DNA from: Candidatus Xenobia bacterium | Lineage (GTDB): Bacteria > Vulcanimicrobiota > Xenobia > Xenobiales > QWHO01 | Assembly (NCBI GenBank): GCA_045863235.1 | Contig: BTUM01000018.1 | Span: forward strand, 50,922 to 114,921 | Length of the DNA stretch: 64,000 nucleotides | Direction: 5' to 3' | In this document: piece after piece, positions 18,795 to 29,944 of the stretch | Layout: each line of letters begins with the position of its first letter | Numbering within the stretch: the stretch's first letter is position 1 | Notes under the pieces: generated by a model | Seen by the model: the letters and a program-made list of their open reading frames with translations, nothing else | Databases searched by the model: none | Told to the model about the DNA's origin: nothing | Translations under genes and position numbers: made by a program

Positions 18795-19730
18795 TCACAG
18801 CTCCAGCCGAGAACGGTGCAGTTGCACGCCGTTTCGGTCGGGTTGGGAAGGCCGGAACTGGTAGATCAGCTCCATCTCCACCCCTGTGTCTCCGGCTGCC
18901 GGGTAGGTGAAGCTCCGGGTCGCTCCGCTCGGGATCTGCGTGTTCTCGCCGCTCTCGCCACGGAACGGGTTGCGAAAGCGCTCGCGGAACTCGCGGCCCG
19001 ACGGCTTGAAGCGCACCACCAGCTCCATCGAGCGGCTGCGGCGACCGCTGGGGAGGTTGTGGCCGGCCCCGGAGTTGGTCACTTCGACCTTGACCGCCTG
19101 GCTCTCCAGGAAGGCCCGTAGCTCCACTGAGCGGCGCAGCGAGTCGTGGTCGTGGGCCCCGGGCATGGAGTGATCGCCTCCGGCCATGTGGCATGACAGA
19201 CAGTCCTGGCCCTGGGCCGGAAAGCGGGAGGCGCGCCACTGGTCCACCGTGTTGTGGGCGTTGTGGCAAGACTGGCAGAGCTCGACCTTGACCAGCTCAG
19301 GCGTGTACACGGGGTTGCAGGCTCCGCGCGCGTCCTGGTGGGCACCGGCGATGGCCTCACCCTTCTGATGGCAGGTGACGCAGCTGACCCCTTCCTCGAG
19401 CAGCCAGTCGCGCGTCAGCGGGGGTGTGCCGGGCGGGGCGTTCAGCACCGGCTCGGGGGTGTGGCAGGGCAGGCAGGCCTCCTGTTTCTCCGAGAAGGCC
19501 AGGTTGCGCGGCTGGACGGATACGAAGGCGCGGGCGTGCGGAGAGGAGGCCCACTGGGAATAGATCTCCTGGTGGCAAGGCTGGCAGCTCTTGGACTCGC
19601 GGTAGGGGTGACGCACGAACTCGGGCGGATCGTCGTTGCGCCGTCTGTGCTCAAACGACAGCGACAGGCCGAGCAGGGCCAGCCAGCCCAGGCCCAGGGC
19701 CAGCAAAGTGAGCCGCGCCAGGCTCTTCAT
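18795..19730 (-). CDS. Multiheme (5 CxxCH) c-type cytochrome, membrane-anchored
   Basis: CQPCH, CLPCH, CVTCH, CQSCH, CLSCH; WASSPHA; GAGHNLPSG; N-terminal hydrophobic helix. Confidence 0.9.
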   Translation of the reverse strand: MKSLARLTLLALGLGWLALLGLSLSFEHRRRNDDPPEFVRHPYRESKSCQPCHQEIYSQWASSPHARAFVSVQPRNLAFSEKQEACLPCHTPEPVLNAPPGTPPLTRDWLLEEGVSCVTCHQKGEAIAGAHQDARGACNPVYTPELVKVELCQSCHNAHNTVDQWRASRFPAQGQDCLSCHMAGGDHSMPGAHDHDSLRRSVELRAFLESQAVKVEVTNSGAGHNLPSGRRSRSMELVVRFKPSGREFRERFRNPFRGESGENTQIPSGATRSFTYPAAGDTGVEMELIYQFRPSQPDRNGVQLHRSRLEL

Positions 19731-20593
19731 GGCCCCGCCTCCAGGCGGTCACCGGGGGTCGGGCGGCCAGGGACGAGCATGCGGTAGAGGGTATCCTCCC
19801 GACGGGCCAGCACCAGGGCGTGCTCGCTTTGAAAGAGCACCCGCTCGACCACCGCCTGGCCGGCGGCCGGTTCGGGCGGTCCCGCCACGGGCGCGGCGGC
19901 CAGGCAGCCACACTCGAAGCCGGCAAACGAGGCGAAGGCAGGGCTGGCCGAGCGCAGCAGCACGTCCGGCATGGAGCCAGCCAGCTCCAGGCGGCCAGCG
20001 TGCAGAAAGAGCAACTGGTCGGCGATCAGGAGCGCGTCCTCCAGGTAGTGGGTGACGTACAGCACGGTCAGGCCCAGGCGCAGCTTGAGCCGCGCCAGCT
20101 CGGCCAGGAGACCGCGCCGAGAAGGTGGGTCGAGGTTCATGAAGGGCTCGTCCAGGAGCAGCAGCGTGGGCTTGCCGCCCAGCGCGCGGGCCAGGGCCAG
20201 CCGCTGGCGCTCTCCCCCGGAAAGCTGGCCAGGCCTGTCCTGCTCGCGTCCGGAAAAGCCCACCATGGCCAGCAGCTCACGGGCCGATTCGGCGCTGCCG
20301 GCGCTGAAGCGAACATTTTCGAGCACGCTCATGTGCCCGAAGAGACCCAGGTCCTGAAAGACCATGCCGATGCCGCGCTTGTCGGGGGGGAGATCCTCGC
20401 TGCCGCTCACCGCGACCCGGCCGTGGTCGGGCCGATCCAGGCCGGCCAGCAGGCGCAGGGTGGTCGTCTTTCCGGCTCCCGAGAGCCCGGCCAGCACGGT
20501 GGTCGAGCCCTCCTCGAGCGAGAAGGAAACGCCCTCCAGCACGCTTCGTCCCCCGTACGACTTGCCCACTCCGACGAAGCTGGCCCGGCTCAC
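19727..20593 (-). CDS. ABC transporter ATP-binding subunit (Fe3+/polyamine type)
   Basis: GLSGAGKT, LSGGERQR, LLLDEP motifs. Confidence 0.92.
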   Translation of the reverse strand: MSRASFVGVGKSYGGRSVLEGVSFSLEEGSTTVLAGLSGAGKTTTLRLLAGLDRPDHGRVAVSGSEDLPPDKRGIGMVFQDLGLFGHMSVLENVRFSAGSAESARELLAMVGFSGREQDRPGQLSGGERQRLALARALGGKPTLLLLDEPFMNLDPPSRRGLLAELARLKLRLGLTVLYVTHYLEDALLIADQLLFLHAGRLELAGSMPDVLLRSASPAFASFAGFECGCLAAAPVAGPPEPAAGQAVVERVLFQSEHALVLARREDTLYRMLVPGRPTPGDRLEAGP

Positions 20594-21966
20594 GCTCGCT
20601 CCTCCAGCACGCCCAGGCAGAGCGAGGCGACCAGCGGGCTCAAGCTGACCGCCATCAGGATGAGGCTGAGAGCCGCCACCAGGTCGGGGCGGCCGTAGTG
20701 GGCCATGTTGAAGATCCTCATGCTCAAGCTGCCCCCGCCGGGGGGAGTCAGCAGCAGGCTGAGGGTCAGGTCGCCGGCCGCCAGGGCGAAGACCAGGCAG
20801 AAGCCGAGCCGGTAGACCGGACGGTGGAGATCGACGTAGAGCAGCCGTCGACCGCGCCCGGCCAGCCGCACGGCATCATGGAGCGTGCGGGGAACCAGGG
20901 AGAAGGAAAGGCCGAGCAACAGCAAGGGGACGGCCAGATAGCGCCCGGTCAGTCCGCCGATCAGCTCGGGCCCATAGAGCCGCACGATTCCGAGCGCCAG
21001 CAAGGCGGGCGGAGAGGCCAGCAGCAGCAGGGCTCCCAGGTGCACCCAGCGGTCCGGCCTGCAAGCGAGCCAGCCGGCCAGCCCCACCGCCGTCAGGGCG
21101 GCTGCCAGCGAGAAGCCCAGGGTGTTGAGCAGGTCGCCGGAGGCCTCCCAGAGTCCCAGAGCGATGAGGCTCACCCGATTGGCCCGGCTCACCAGGGCCA
21201 GGGGCGGGGTCAGCACGGCCGCCATCGCTGCCACCAGAAGCAGGGCCGCTGGCCAGCGCAGCCGGGGCTCGAGCCGGAACCGGGCCGGGGCCACGGCGCG
21301 GGCCGAGAAGAGCTCGCGCAGCCGCGGGGCCGTCAAGCGCCAGGTGATGAGGGCCACTGCCGCGCCCAGCAGCCAGAGTGGCAGCGAGGCCCGGGCCGCG
21401 GCGCCGAAGTCGTGGTAGCCGTCGAGCAGGGCGAAGACCTCCACCGGGTAGGTATCCACCTGCAGCAGCGAGGGAACGCCGTAATCGGCCAGACCAAAGA
21501 GAAACGCCAGAGCCGTGCCGCCGCCCAGGACCGGGGCCACCATGGGGAGCAGCACCCGGCCCCAGGCGCGGGCCGGTCCGCGGGCCAGAAGGGCCGCCTC
21601 GGCGAGGCTGGCGTCGATGCGCGTGAGGGCTAGCAGCGCCGGGTAGAGCACCAGAGGCATCGTGTGCAGTCCCAGCACCACCCCGGCAGCCCACCAGGTC
21701 GGGGGCCAGGGAAGCGCTACCGCCAGCAGGTAGGGGGGCAGCAAGAAGGGCACGGCCAGCACCGGCAGGGCCAGCCCCCGCAGGGGAAGGTTCCGGTGGC
21801 TGAGCAGCACCGCCAGCCCGGTCCCCAGGACCAGAGCCAGCAGACAGGCCAATCCGGCAACCGCGAGGCTGCGTCCCAGGAGGATCGTCTGGCGCAGGTC
21901 GGGTGCCTCGGCCGGGCCCGGGCCGAGCGTCCACACCGCCGCCAGGGGAGCCAGCAGGGCCAGCAC
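20590..21966 (-). CDS. Fe(III)-type ABC transporter permease
   Basis: Multi-TM, EAA motif (SLAEAALL), DYGVPSLL. Confidence 0.85.
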   Translation of the reverse strand: MLALLAPLAAVWTLGPGPAEAPDLRQTILLGRSLAVAGLACLLALVLGTGLAVLLSHRNLPLRGLALPVLAVPFLLPPYLLAVALPWPPTWWAAGVVLGLHTMPLVLYPALLALTRIDASLAEAALLARGPARAWGRVLLPMVAPVLGGGTALAFLFGLADYGVPSLLQVDTYPVEVFALLDGYHDFGAAARASLPLWLLGAAVALITWRLTAPRLRELFSARAVAPARFRLEPRLRWPAALLLVAAMAAVLTPPLALVSRANRVSLIALGLWEASGDLLNTLGFSLAAALTAVGLAGWLACRPDRWVHLGALLLLASPPALLALGIVRLYGPELIGGLTGRYLAVPLLLLGLSFSLVPRTLHDAVRLAGRGRRLLYVDLHRPVYRLGFCLVFALAAGDLTLSLLLTPPGGGSLSMRIFNMAHYGRPDLVAALSLILMAVSLSPLVASLCLGVLEERA

Positions 21967-21977
21967 GACCAGCCGCC

Positions 21978-22973
21978 TCAGCGTTGGAACCTCTCGCGCA
22001 GCAGGCCGACAACGGTTTGGAACTGCTCGGCCATGGCTGCCTGGTCCACTGCCATGGCCCTGACGCGGGTCAGGTCGGGGGTGTGAGGTCCACCCTGGGC
22101 CCCCTCGTGCAGGGGGATCTGCAGCGAGCGGCCGCGAGCAAGCTTCTCCTCCACGGCTGGCGAGAGCAGGAAGTCGATCAGCTTGCGGCCCTCGTCGGGG
22201 TGCGGGGCCCCGTGAATCAGGGCCACGGTATTGGGGATCACCAGCGTGCCCAGATCGTCTTGATCGGGTAGCACCATCTCCACGGCGGCTCCGTCCAGAA
22301 TGGCTGCGTTGGCGTCGTCGGAGTCGGTCAGTCCCCAGGCCAGCTCGCCTGCCGCGACCCGGTCCTTGACCACCGAGTTTCCGTCCAGGATGGCGACCTC
22401 ATTGGCGCGGGCCTGGTCGAGCAGCCGGGTGGCCTCGGAGGCACCCAACGCCTGGTGGAGCGCCACCCAGTGGGTCAGCGTGGTGCCGAACAGGGGTCGG
22501 GCCATGCCCGCCTGGCCTTTCCAGCGCGGGTCGCCCAGCTCGCGGATCGAACGAGGGGGGTCGCTCAGCCCCCGGCGCACGATGAGCACGCGCAGGCGCG
22601 CGGCAAAGCCGGTCCAGCGGTTCTGGGGATCGCGCCACCTCGAAGGGATGGCCTGGGCGGAGGGCGAGCGGTAGGGCTCCAGGGCGCCGGCCCGGGCCAG
22701 CACCGCGGTCTGCAGCATCTCGTTGTTCCAAAAGACGTCGCAGCGCGGGTTGGCCTGCTCGAGCAGCAGCAGGTTCACCAGTCCGGAAGTCTTGGTGGCC
22801 TCCAGGTCATACTTGGCCAGCACCCGGATACCGCTCTGGCGCTCGAAATCGCGCAGAACAGGCTCGGAGTAGATCTGGTCCAGGGCGCAGTAGACCACCA
22901 CCGAGGGGGTCTGAGGGCGAGCGCACCCGGTGAGCCAGAGGGCGAGCCAGAGAAACCCCACCAGCTTTCGCAT
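21978..22973 (-). CDS. Fe(III)-type ABC transporter solute-binding lipoprotein
   Basis: Lipobox LTGC; YCALDQIYSEP, CDVFWNNE, LTDSDDA, LVIPNTVAL motifs. Confidence 0.88.
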   Translation of the reverse strand: MRKLVGFLWLALWLTGCARPQTPSVVVYCALDQIYSEPVLRDFERQSGIRVLAKYDLEATKTSGLVNLLLLEQANPRCDVFWNNEMLQTAVLARAGALEPYRSPSAQAIPSRWRDPQNRWTGFAARLRVLIVRRGLSDPPRSIRELGDPRWKGQAGMARPLFGTTLTHWVALHQALGASEATRLLDQARANEVAILDGNSVVKDRVAAGELAWGLTDSDDANAAILDGAAVEMVLPDQDDLGTLVIPNTVALIHGAPHPDEGRKLIDFLLSPAVEEKLARGRSLQIPLHEGAQGGPHTPDLTRVRAMAVDQAAMAEQFQTVVGLLRERFQR

Positions 22974-23178
22974 GGCGGCGAGGTTAGCTTTGCCACAATC
23001 GACCTCCTGCTCGGGCGGTCGAAGGAGCGGCTCGAAGCTCTGCTCGGAGCAAGCTCGACACCGCATTCGGGTCAGCACGTCCACGGCTCAGTGCAGGCGT
23101 TCGAGCCTCGGCAGGGTTCAGACTCTGTGGCGGGAACTCTGGCCCCATGAGCCTGGTTGCCCGCCCGCGCTAATCGGA

Positions 23179-25209
23179 ATGTCCCGTCTGCGTTTGTTCC
23201 TGGTCAGCTTCCTGATCCTCTACTTCGAGCTACTCTTCATCCGCTGGATCCCCGACGCCGTTCACGTCCTCGCGTTCATGGGCAATTTCGTGCTGCTCTC
23301 TTGCTTCCTGGGGATGGGCGTGGGCCTGGCCCGCCCTCCCGGAGAGCGAGCCGACTCTACCTTCGTCCTGCGCTTTCTGGGCCTGGCCAGCGTGCTCGTG
23401 CTCCTCCTGGCGGTCTTCCTCTACTACCGTATCGACGTCCCACCCCCCAATGTGGACGTGTTCTTCAATGATGACGCCTTCATTCAAGGCCCCCGACCGC
23501 TGCACGTCAACCTTTACCTGACCATCGTGGTCTTCTGCGGTCTGATGGCCTCCCTGTTCGTGCCCCTGGGAACCCTGCTGCGACGTTATCTCGACCAGCA
23601 CGCTTCGCTGGAGGGCTACTCGCTGAACATCCTGGCCAGCCTGGCGGGCATCTCGTTCTTTTCCCTGCTGAGCTACCTGAGCACGCCTCCCCCGGTCTGG
23701 CTGACCCTCGGGTTGCTGCTGCTCATCCCCTTCAGTGGGGGCAAGAGAACCGCGGTGGCTCTGCTCTCGGGGGTGCTCATCCTGGGCACCTTCGTGCTCG
23801 ACCCGATGCTCGAGAAAGCCCACGGCTACGAGAAATTCTGGTCCCCCTACTATAACCTCAGGCTGCACACTTTACCGCGCGGCGATCTGCAGATCTACAT
23901 CGGTAACAGCTGCTTGTTGACGGCGGTCGACCTGAGCAGGGAGCGCACCCTCGAAAACCCCCACCACCTCTTCTACTCCTTTCCTTATCGGTTCCATCCC
24001 CATCCGAAGCGGGTGCTGGTGCTCGGCTCGGGCATGGGGAACGACGTGGCCGAAGCTCTGCTCCAGGGGGCCGAGCACGTGGATGCCGTGGAGATCGACC
24101 CGCAGGTGGCCCGCATCGGGCTCGAGCGGCATCCGTTGAAGCCTTACGCCGACCCTCGGGTGACCCTGATCAACGACGACGCCCGTCACTTCCTGAACTC
24201 ATGCCAGGAGAAGTATGACCTGATCATCTTCGGCACGCTCGACTCTCACGGCCTGTTCTCGCACATGTCCTCGCTCAAGATGGAGAACTATGTCTACACC
24301 CAGGAGAGCTTCGAGCAGGCCGGTCGCCTCCTGGCCCCCGATGGGGTGCTGTATCTGACCGTCGGGTTCATGGGCAAGTTCGTTCCCGGCAGGTTGAACA
24401 ACAGCCTCCAGAAGGCCTTCGGACACGAGCCCCAGTTTTACATCTTCAAGAACCTCTACTCGATGTTCATTGCCGGCAACCCCTCTGTGCAGGATGCCGC
24501 CGAGCCGTCCCAGGATTTGGTCCGGGCCCGAATCGGGGACATCAAGGCCAGCGTCGAGGCCGGGCTGACCCCGACCGACGACTGGCCCCAGCTCTATCTG
24601 GCCCGCAGGTCCATCCCGCGAGAATACCTGACGGCACTGAGCCTGTTGCTGGCGGTCTCGCTGGCCATGGTCTGGCTGGGAGTGCCCAAGTCCACGGGCT
24701 TCAAGCTGAACGGGCACTACTTCTTCCTGGGAGCCGGCTTCATGCTGCTCGAAACCAAGAGCATCACCGAGTTGGGTCTCCTGTTCGGCTCCACCTGGCT
24801 GGTCAACTCCATCGTGATCGGATTGATTCTCACGATGATCTTCCTGGCCAACCTCTATCTCCTCAAGGCCAGTCGAAAGCCCTCCCAGGTCGTCATGTAC
24901 GCCCTCCTCTTCATGAGCATCGCGGGCCTTTACTTTGGCCATGTGCGCCACCTGGCCGTGGGGGGCGGGGGTGCCACCCTGACCGTCACCGTGGTGCTGC
25001 TCACCGTGCCCCTCCTGTTCGCGGCTCTGATCTTCGGCACTTCTTTCAAGCGCACCACTGAGCCCGGGAAGTCGCTGGCCTCCAATATCCTCGGTTCGAT
25101 GGTCGGGGGGGCGCTGGAGTACACCTCCATGGTCTGGGGCTTGCAGGCCCTCTACCTGGTGGCCCTGGGGCTCTACGCCCTGAGCTTCGCCTTCCGCAGG
25201 CAGGCCTGA
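23179..25209 (+). CDS. Membrane-embedded spermidine synthase-like / SAM-fold protein
   Basis: N- and C-terminal TM bundles around VLVLGSGMGND, VEID, DDAR, PTDDWP motifs. Confidence 0.8.
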   Translation: MSRLRLFLVSFLILYFELLFIRWIPDAVHVLAFMGNFVLLSCFLGMGVGLARPPGERADSTFVLRFLGLASVLVLLLAVFLYYRIDVPPPNVDVFFNDDAFIQGPRPLHVNLYLTIVVFCGLMASLFVPLGTLLRRYLDQHASLEGYSLNILASLAGISFFSLLSYLSTPPPVWLTLGLLLLIPFSGGKRTAVALLSGVLILGTFVLDPMLEKAHGYEKFWSPYYNLRLHTLPRGDLQIYIGNSCLLTAVDLSRERTLENPHHLFYSFPYRFHPHPKRVLVLGSGMGNDVAEALLQGAEHVDAVEIDPQVARIGLERHPLKPYADPRVTLINDDARHFLNSCQEKYDLIIFGTLDSHGLFSHMSSLKMENYVYTQESFEQAGRLLAPDGVLYLTVGFMGKFVPGRLNNSLQKAFGHEPQFYIFKNLYSMFIAGNPSVQDAAEPSQDLVRARIGDIKASVEAGLTPTDDWPQLYLARRSIPREYLTALSLLLAVSLAMVWLGVPKSTGFKLNGHYFFLGAGFMLLETKSITELGLLFGSTWLVNSIVIGLILTMIFLANLYLLKASRKPSQVVMYALLFMSIAGLYFGHVRHLAVGGGGATLTVTVVLLTVPLLFAALIFGTSFKRTTEPGKSLASNILGSMVGGALEYTSMVWGLQALYLVALGLYALSFAFRRQA

Positions 25210-25237
25210 GTCCGCGAAAAGGCCGGCGAGTCGGAAA

Positions 25238-26254
25238 TCAGCAGCTCGTCATGACCTGTGCCAGGCGGTCCAGAGCCGTTTCCACCTGCTCGGAGCTGAC
25301 GTCGAGGTGGGTCACGGCCCGGAATCGGTTGGTGTCCATGCGCGAAAAGCGCACTCCGCGCTCGAGTGACTCGCGCTCGAAGCCGTCGGGATCGCCCTGA
25401 ACCGAAAAGAAGACCATGTTGGTGCGGCGCTCGTTGGGCTCGACCTCGATGCCCTCGATGCTCGAGAGCCCCGCAGCGAGGCGGGCCGCGTGCAGGTGGT
25501 CCTCGGCCAGGCGCTCCGCGTGGTGGGCCAGGGCGTGCCGGCAGGCGGCGGCCAGGATGCCGCTCTGGCGCATGGCCCCGCCCATGATGTGCTTGCAGCG
25601 CCGGGCCTCCTCGCGCCGCGAGAGCCCCATGGCCAGCACCGCCCCCATGGGAGCTCCCAGCCCCTTGGAGAAGCACAGGGTCACCGTATCAAAGCCCCGA
25701 CAGAGCTCGGCCGGAGCCAGCCCGGCCCAGGTGGCGGCGTTGAGCAGTCGGGCGCCATCCAGGTGGCGAGCCAGGCCTTCACTGGCGGCCAGCACGTCGT
25801 CGAGCTCGGCTCGGGTCCAGGGGAAGCCGCCCCCCTGGTTGGTGGTGTTCTCGACCACCACCAGTCGAGTGCGCGGGCAGTGATAGTGGTCGGGACGCCG
25901 GCGAGAGCGCACGTCTCGGCCCCGGAAGATGCCGTTTGGGGTGGGGATGCCCTGCGTCTGGGCCCGGGCGTGCACCGAGCAGGTCGCCGTCTCGTAGCAC
26001 AGGATGTGGCCGCTCTCGGCGGCCAGCACCTCGTCGCCCGGTCGGCACTGGAGCTGCACGGCGATGGCGTTGGCCATCGTGGCCGAGGGCAGAAAGAGGG
26101 CCGTTTCCATGCCTAGCAGGCGGGCCGCCTCCTGCTCCAGCGCCAGGGTGGTGGGATCCTCATCGAGTTGCTCGTCGCCCACCACTGCCTCGGCAAGGGC
26201 CGCCCGCATCGCGGCCGTGGGCCGGGTGACCGTGTCGGAGAAAAAGTCGATCAC
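25238..26254 (-). CDS. ltaE: Low-specificity L-threonine aldolase
   Basis: [18 protein letters not shown] lysine in [12 protein letters not shown] start overlaps the thiolase stop. Confidence 0.9.
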   Translation of the reverse strand: MIDFFSDTVTRPTAAMRAALAEAVVGDEQLDEDPTTLALEQEAARLLGMETALFLPSATMANAIAVQLQCRPGDEVLAAESGHILCYETATCSVHARAQTQGIPTPNGIFRGRDVRSRRRPDHYHCPRTRLVVVENTTNQGGGFPWTRAELDDVLAASEGLARHLDGARLLNAATWAGLAPAELCRGFDTVTLCFSKGLGAPMGAVLAMGLSRREEARRCKHIMGGAMRQSGILAAACRHALAHHAERLAEDHLHAARLAAGLSSIEGIEVEPNERRTNMVFFSVQGDPDGFERESLERGVRFSRMDTNRFRAVTHLDVSSEQVETALDRLAQVMTSC

Positions 26255-27420
26255 ACCCGCAGCAGTCCCGCCGCGCCCTGGCCTCCACCAACGCACATGG
26301 TGACCAGGCCCAACCCGCCTCCACGGCGCTTCAGCTCGCTCAGCGCGGTAACCACCAGCCTGGCCCCGGAGCAGCCCAGAGGGTGTCCCAGGGCGATCGC
26401 GCCCCCGTTGGGGTTGACCCGCTCCAGCGGGACCCGCAGCTCGCGCAGCACCGCCAGCGCCTGGGCCGCAAAGGCCTCATTGAGCTCCATCAGGGCCACG
26501 TCCTTGAGGTTGACCCCGGCCCGGTCGAGCACGCGCGGCACCGCGTGCACCGGGCCGATCCCCATGTACTCGGGGGGGACGCCGGCCACGGCGTAGTGAA
26601 GGAAGGTGCCCAGTGGCGTTAACCCGCGTCTTTTGGCGGTATCGGCGCTCATCAGCACCACCGCGGCGGCTCCGTCGGAGATGGGGGAGGAGTTGCCCGG
26701 GGTCACGGTGCCATCGGCCTTGAAGGCGGGCTTGAGGGCCGCCAGGCGCTCCATCGAGGTGTCGCGGCGCACCAGCTCGTCGCTGGAGAAGGGCATCATC
26801 CGGGTCTCGATGGTGACCCCGTGACGGGTGTCAACGCGCACCGGCACGGTGAGCAGCTCGTCCTGGAAGTAGCCTTTGTCCTGGGCAGAAGCTGCCAGCT
26901 GGTGGCTGCGCAGGGCGAACTCGTCCGACTCCTGGCGGGAAATCTCGAACTTGGCGGCCAGGTTCTCGGCTGTGACTCCCATCCCCATGTAGGTGCCCGG
27001 GCGCTTGACGAAGAGACCCAGGTTGGTGGAAGGCTTGTTTCCGCCCATGGGCACCATGCTCATGGACTCCACCCCGCCCGCCACCACCACCTCGGCCTGG
27101 CCCACGGCGATGGCGGCGGCACCCTGGGCGATGGCCTGCAGGCCGCTGGCGCAGAAGCGGTTGACGGTGACGGCGGCCGCCTTCTCGGGCAACCCGGCCA
27201 GTAAGCTGGCCAGTCGGGCCACGTTCAGCCCCTGCTCGCCCTCGGGCATGGCGCAGCCCATGATGACGTCCTCCACCGAGCCCGGGTCGATCCCAGAGCG
27301 CTTGACCGCCTCCCCGATGACCAGGGCGGCCAGATCGTCGGGCCGGGTGGTGGCCAGGGTACCCTTGATCCCGCGTCCGATGGGGGTGCGCACCGCGCTG
27401 ACGATGACAACTTCTTGCAT
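26251..27420 (-). CDS. fadA: Acetyl-CoA C-acyltransferase (thiolase)
   Basis: NRFCASG, NEAF, GHPLG, MCVGGG motifs. Confidence 0.93.
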   Translation of the reverse strand: MQEVVIVSAVRTPIGRGIKGTLATTRPDDLAALVIGEAVKRSGIDPGSVEDVIMGCAMPEGEQGLNVARLASLLAGLPEKAAAVTVNRFCASGLQAIAQGAAAIAVGQAEVVVAGGVESMSMVPMGGNKPSTNLGLFVKRPGTYMGMGVTAENLAAKFEISRQESDEFALRSHQLAASAQDKGYFQDELLTVPVRVDTRHGVTIETRMMPFSSDELVRRDTSMERLAALKPAFKADGTVTPGNSSPISDGAAAVVLMSADTAKRRGLTPLGTFLHYAVAGVPPEYMGIGPVHAVPRVLDRAGVNLKDVALMELNEAFAAQALAVLRELRVPLERVNPNGGAIALGHPLGCSGARLVVTALSELKRRGGGLGLVTMCVGGGQGAAGLLRV

Positions 27421-27519
27421 TGTACCTTCCTCACAGCCTGTTCAGATCAGTTGAGCTTTGCGTGCCCCAATCATGAGGGGTTCTCGCCGCCCGTTCCGGG
27501 AGCGGTCCGGGCACCGAAG

Positions 27520-29772
27520 TCAGTTCCTCAGGGTCTTTCCGGTCTTCAAAGTGTAGCCGATGCGCTCGCGCGTCTTCTCCTGCCCCACCAGGTGCAAGAT
27601 GGCCTCGCGCTCGAGGTCGAGCAGCACCTGCTCGTCCACCACGTCGGGCCGGTTCATCACCCCGCCCGAGAGGATCTTGGCCAGCGCGCGGGCCAGCTGC
27701 ACCTCGTAGTCGGTGATCTGGCCGGCCTGGTTCATCATCCAGGCGGCCAGACACAGGTTGGCGTAAGCCGCCTCGCCCAGCACCTGAACCTGCCGGCGCA
27801 GCGGGGGAGTATAGCCGGGAGCCAGCTCCAGCACCCGGGTCTTGGCCTCGCTGATCAGGCGATCCTGGTTGAAGGTGATGTCGTCGTGGTCGGTCAGAAA
27901 GCCCCACTGTTTCGCCTCCAGGGCGCTGGTGGAGACCTTGCCCATCGCGATCAGCTCGAAGGCCGCCCGCACCGCCGTGAACGGGTCGGCCCCCGGCTGG
28001 AGCTTTGCATTCATGCGGATCAGCATCTCGGTGGTGCCGCCCCCGCCGGGGATGATCCCCACTCCCATCTCGACCAGCCCCGTGTAGAGCTCGGCCCCGG
28101 CCTGGCAAGCATCCGACCAGAGGGCCACCTCGCAGCCCCCGCCCAGGACCATGCGGAAGGGGGTGGAGACGACCGGGTAGGGGCAGTAGCGCAGCTTCGA
28201 GGTCATCCCCTGGAAGGCGCGCACGGCCGCGTCGATCTCGTCCCACTGAGCGTTGGAGGACAGGTGCAACAGCATGCCCAGGTCGGCTCCAGCGCAGAAG
28301 TTCTCGCCCTGATTGCCCACCACCAGACCCAGGAAGTGTTTCTCCACCTCCTGGTGGGCCTTCTCGAACATCTCCAGCACGCCCCCGCCGATGGAATTGG
28401 CCTTGGAGTGGAACTCCAGGCAAGCCACCCCGTCGCCCAGGTCGATCAGGCTGGCATCGGCCTGCGAGATCACGGTGTGCCCGGCCTTGCGGTGGCGCAG
28501 CACGATGGGCCCGCTGGAGACGGTCGGCCGGGGAGGCAGGCTGATGGTGTCCAGCCCGAGCTTGCCGAAGGCCTCGCTGGTCACGTCCTGACCCAGCGCT
28601 TCGGCCATCTCCAGCGGCCCCAGGTCCCAACCAAAGCCCCATTTCATGGCGTTATCCACGTCTTGAGCCGTGTCGGCCACCTCGCCCACCTTGCCGGCCG
28701 CGTAGTGGATCAGCTCGAACTGGGTGCGCCGGGTGAATTCGCCGATGGGCCCGGGCACTTCCAGCAGAGCCTTCACCCGCAGCTCCGGGGTGGGCAGCTT
28801 GAGGATCGGGCCCAACTCGTCCAACCGAACCTTGCCCCGATCCTCGTACTCGAAGCTGTCCAGGTTGAGGGTGAGGATCTTGGAGGCGCCGTCCTCGCCC
28901 TTCACCTTCTTGAAGAAGCCGCTCCCGGTCTTGTCCCCCAGCCATTTCTTCTCTTCGACCAGTTTGGCAAAGAACTCGGGCACGGCGAAGTCTTCCCCGG
29001 TGGCTTTGTTGAGATCGAGCGCCACCTGGTAGCAGATGTCCAGGCCCGACAGGTCCATGGTGCGGAAGGTGGCGCTCTTGGGGCGCCCGATGAGGGGACC
29101 GGTGAGCACGTCCACCACGTCGGGGGTGAGCTTGAGGTCCACCATGGCGCGCACGGCCCGCACCACGCCGTAGAGGCCGATGCGGTTGGCGGCGAAGCCC
29201 GGCACGTCTTTGGCCAGCACCACCCCCTTGCCCAGCACCTGATCGCCGAAGTTGGCCAGGCGCGCCAACACGTGGGGATCGGTGTCCTTGGTGGGGATCA
29301 GCTCGAGCAAGTGCAGGTAGCGCGGCGGGTTGAAGAAGTGGCTGCCCAGAAAGCGCCTGCGGAAGTCATCCGAGCGCCCCTTGATCTGGAGCGCCATGGG
29401 GATGCCGCTCGAGTTGGAGCTGACGATGGTGCTCGGCCCCACGTTTTGCTCCAGCTTCTCGAGCATCGAGCGCTTCACGTCCAGCTTCTCCAGGATGGCC
29501 TCCACCACCCAGTCCACCTCGGACAGCTTGCCGAGATCGTCCTCGGTGTTGCCCAGTGTGATGAGCTGCGAGCGCTCGCTCAGCATGAAGGCGGCGGGCT
29601 TGCTCTTGAGGGCCCGCTCGAGCCCCTTGCGGGCGGGCTCGTTGCGGTCGGCGCCGGAGCCGGGGATGTCGAGCAGCAGGGTGGGAATACCGGCGTTGGC
29701 GAGCTGGGCGGCGATGCCCGCCCCCATGGTGCCGGCGCCGATGACGGCGGCGCGGCGGATGCTCAGCGGCAT
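27520..29772 (-). CDS. fadN: 3-hydroxyacyl-CoA dehydrogenase / enoyl-CoA hydratase (FadN type)
   Basis: GAGTMG, HFFNPPRY, C-terminal crotonase FCAGADL and GGGCE. Confidence 0.9.
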   Translation of the reverse strand: MPLSIRRAAVIGAGTMGAGIAAQLANAGIPTLLLDIPGSGADRNEPARKGLERALKSKPAAFMLSERSQLITLGNTEDDLGKLSEVDWVVEAILEKLDVKRSMLEKLEQNVGPSTIVSSNSSGIPMALQIKGRSDDFRRRFLGSHFFNPPRYLHLLELIPTKDTDPHVLARLANFGDQVLGKGVVLAKDVPGFAANRIGLYGVVRAVRAMVDLKLTPDVVDVLTGPLIGRPKSATFRTMDLSGLDICYQVALDLNKATGEDFAVPEFFAKLVEEKKWLGDKTGSGFFKKVKGEDGASKILTLNLDSFEYEDRGKVRLDELGPILKLPTPELRVKALLEVPGPIGEFTRRTQFELIHYAAGKVGEVADTAQDVDNAMKWGFGWDLGPLEMAEALGQDVTSEAFGKLGLDTISLPPRPTVSSGPIVLRHRKAGHTVISQADASLIDLGDGVACLEFHSKANSIGGGVLEMFEKAHQEVEKHFLGLVVGNQGENFCAGADLGMLLHLSSNAQWDEIDAAVRAFQGMTSKLRYCPYPVVSTPFRMVLGGGCEVALWSDACQAGAELYTGLVEMGVGIIPGGGGTTEMLIRMNAKLQPGADPFTAVRAAFELIAMGKVSTSALEAKQWGFLTDHDDITFNQDRLISEAKTRVLELAPGYTPPLRRQVQVLGEAAYANLCLAAWMMNQAGQITDYEVQLARALAKILSGGVMNRPDVVDEQVLLDLEREAILHLVGQEKTRERIGYTLKTGKTLRN

Positions 29773-29944
29773 GGTCGAGATCCTCCTGAGGTCCCGCGCA
29801 GGCGGGTCCGAAAGTCCGAGCAGCTTCGCGGGGGGAGTCCGGGGTCCTACCGCGTCCCCTTTGAGGCACCGGGAACGCGCCTCATGAGGCGCACTTTGCC
29901 TGCCTCCGGGGGGATGGCTGCACGGCCTGCGCGAACCCCTGCGG

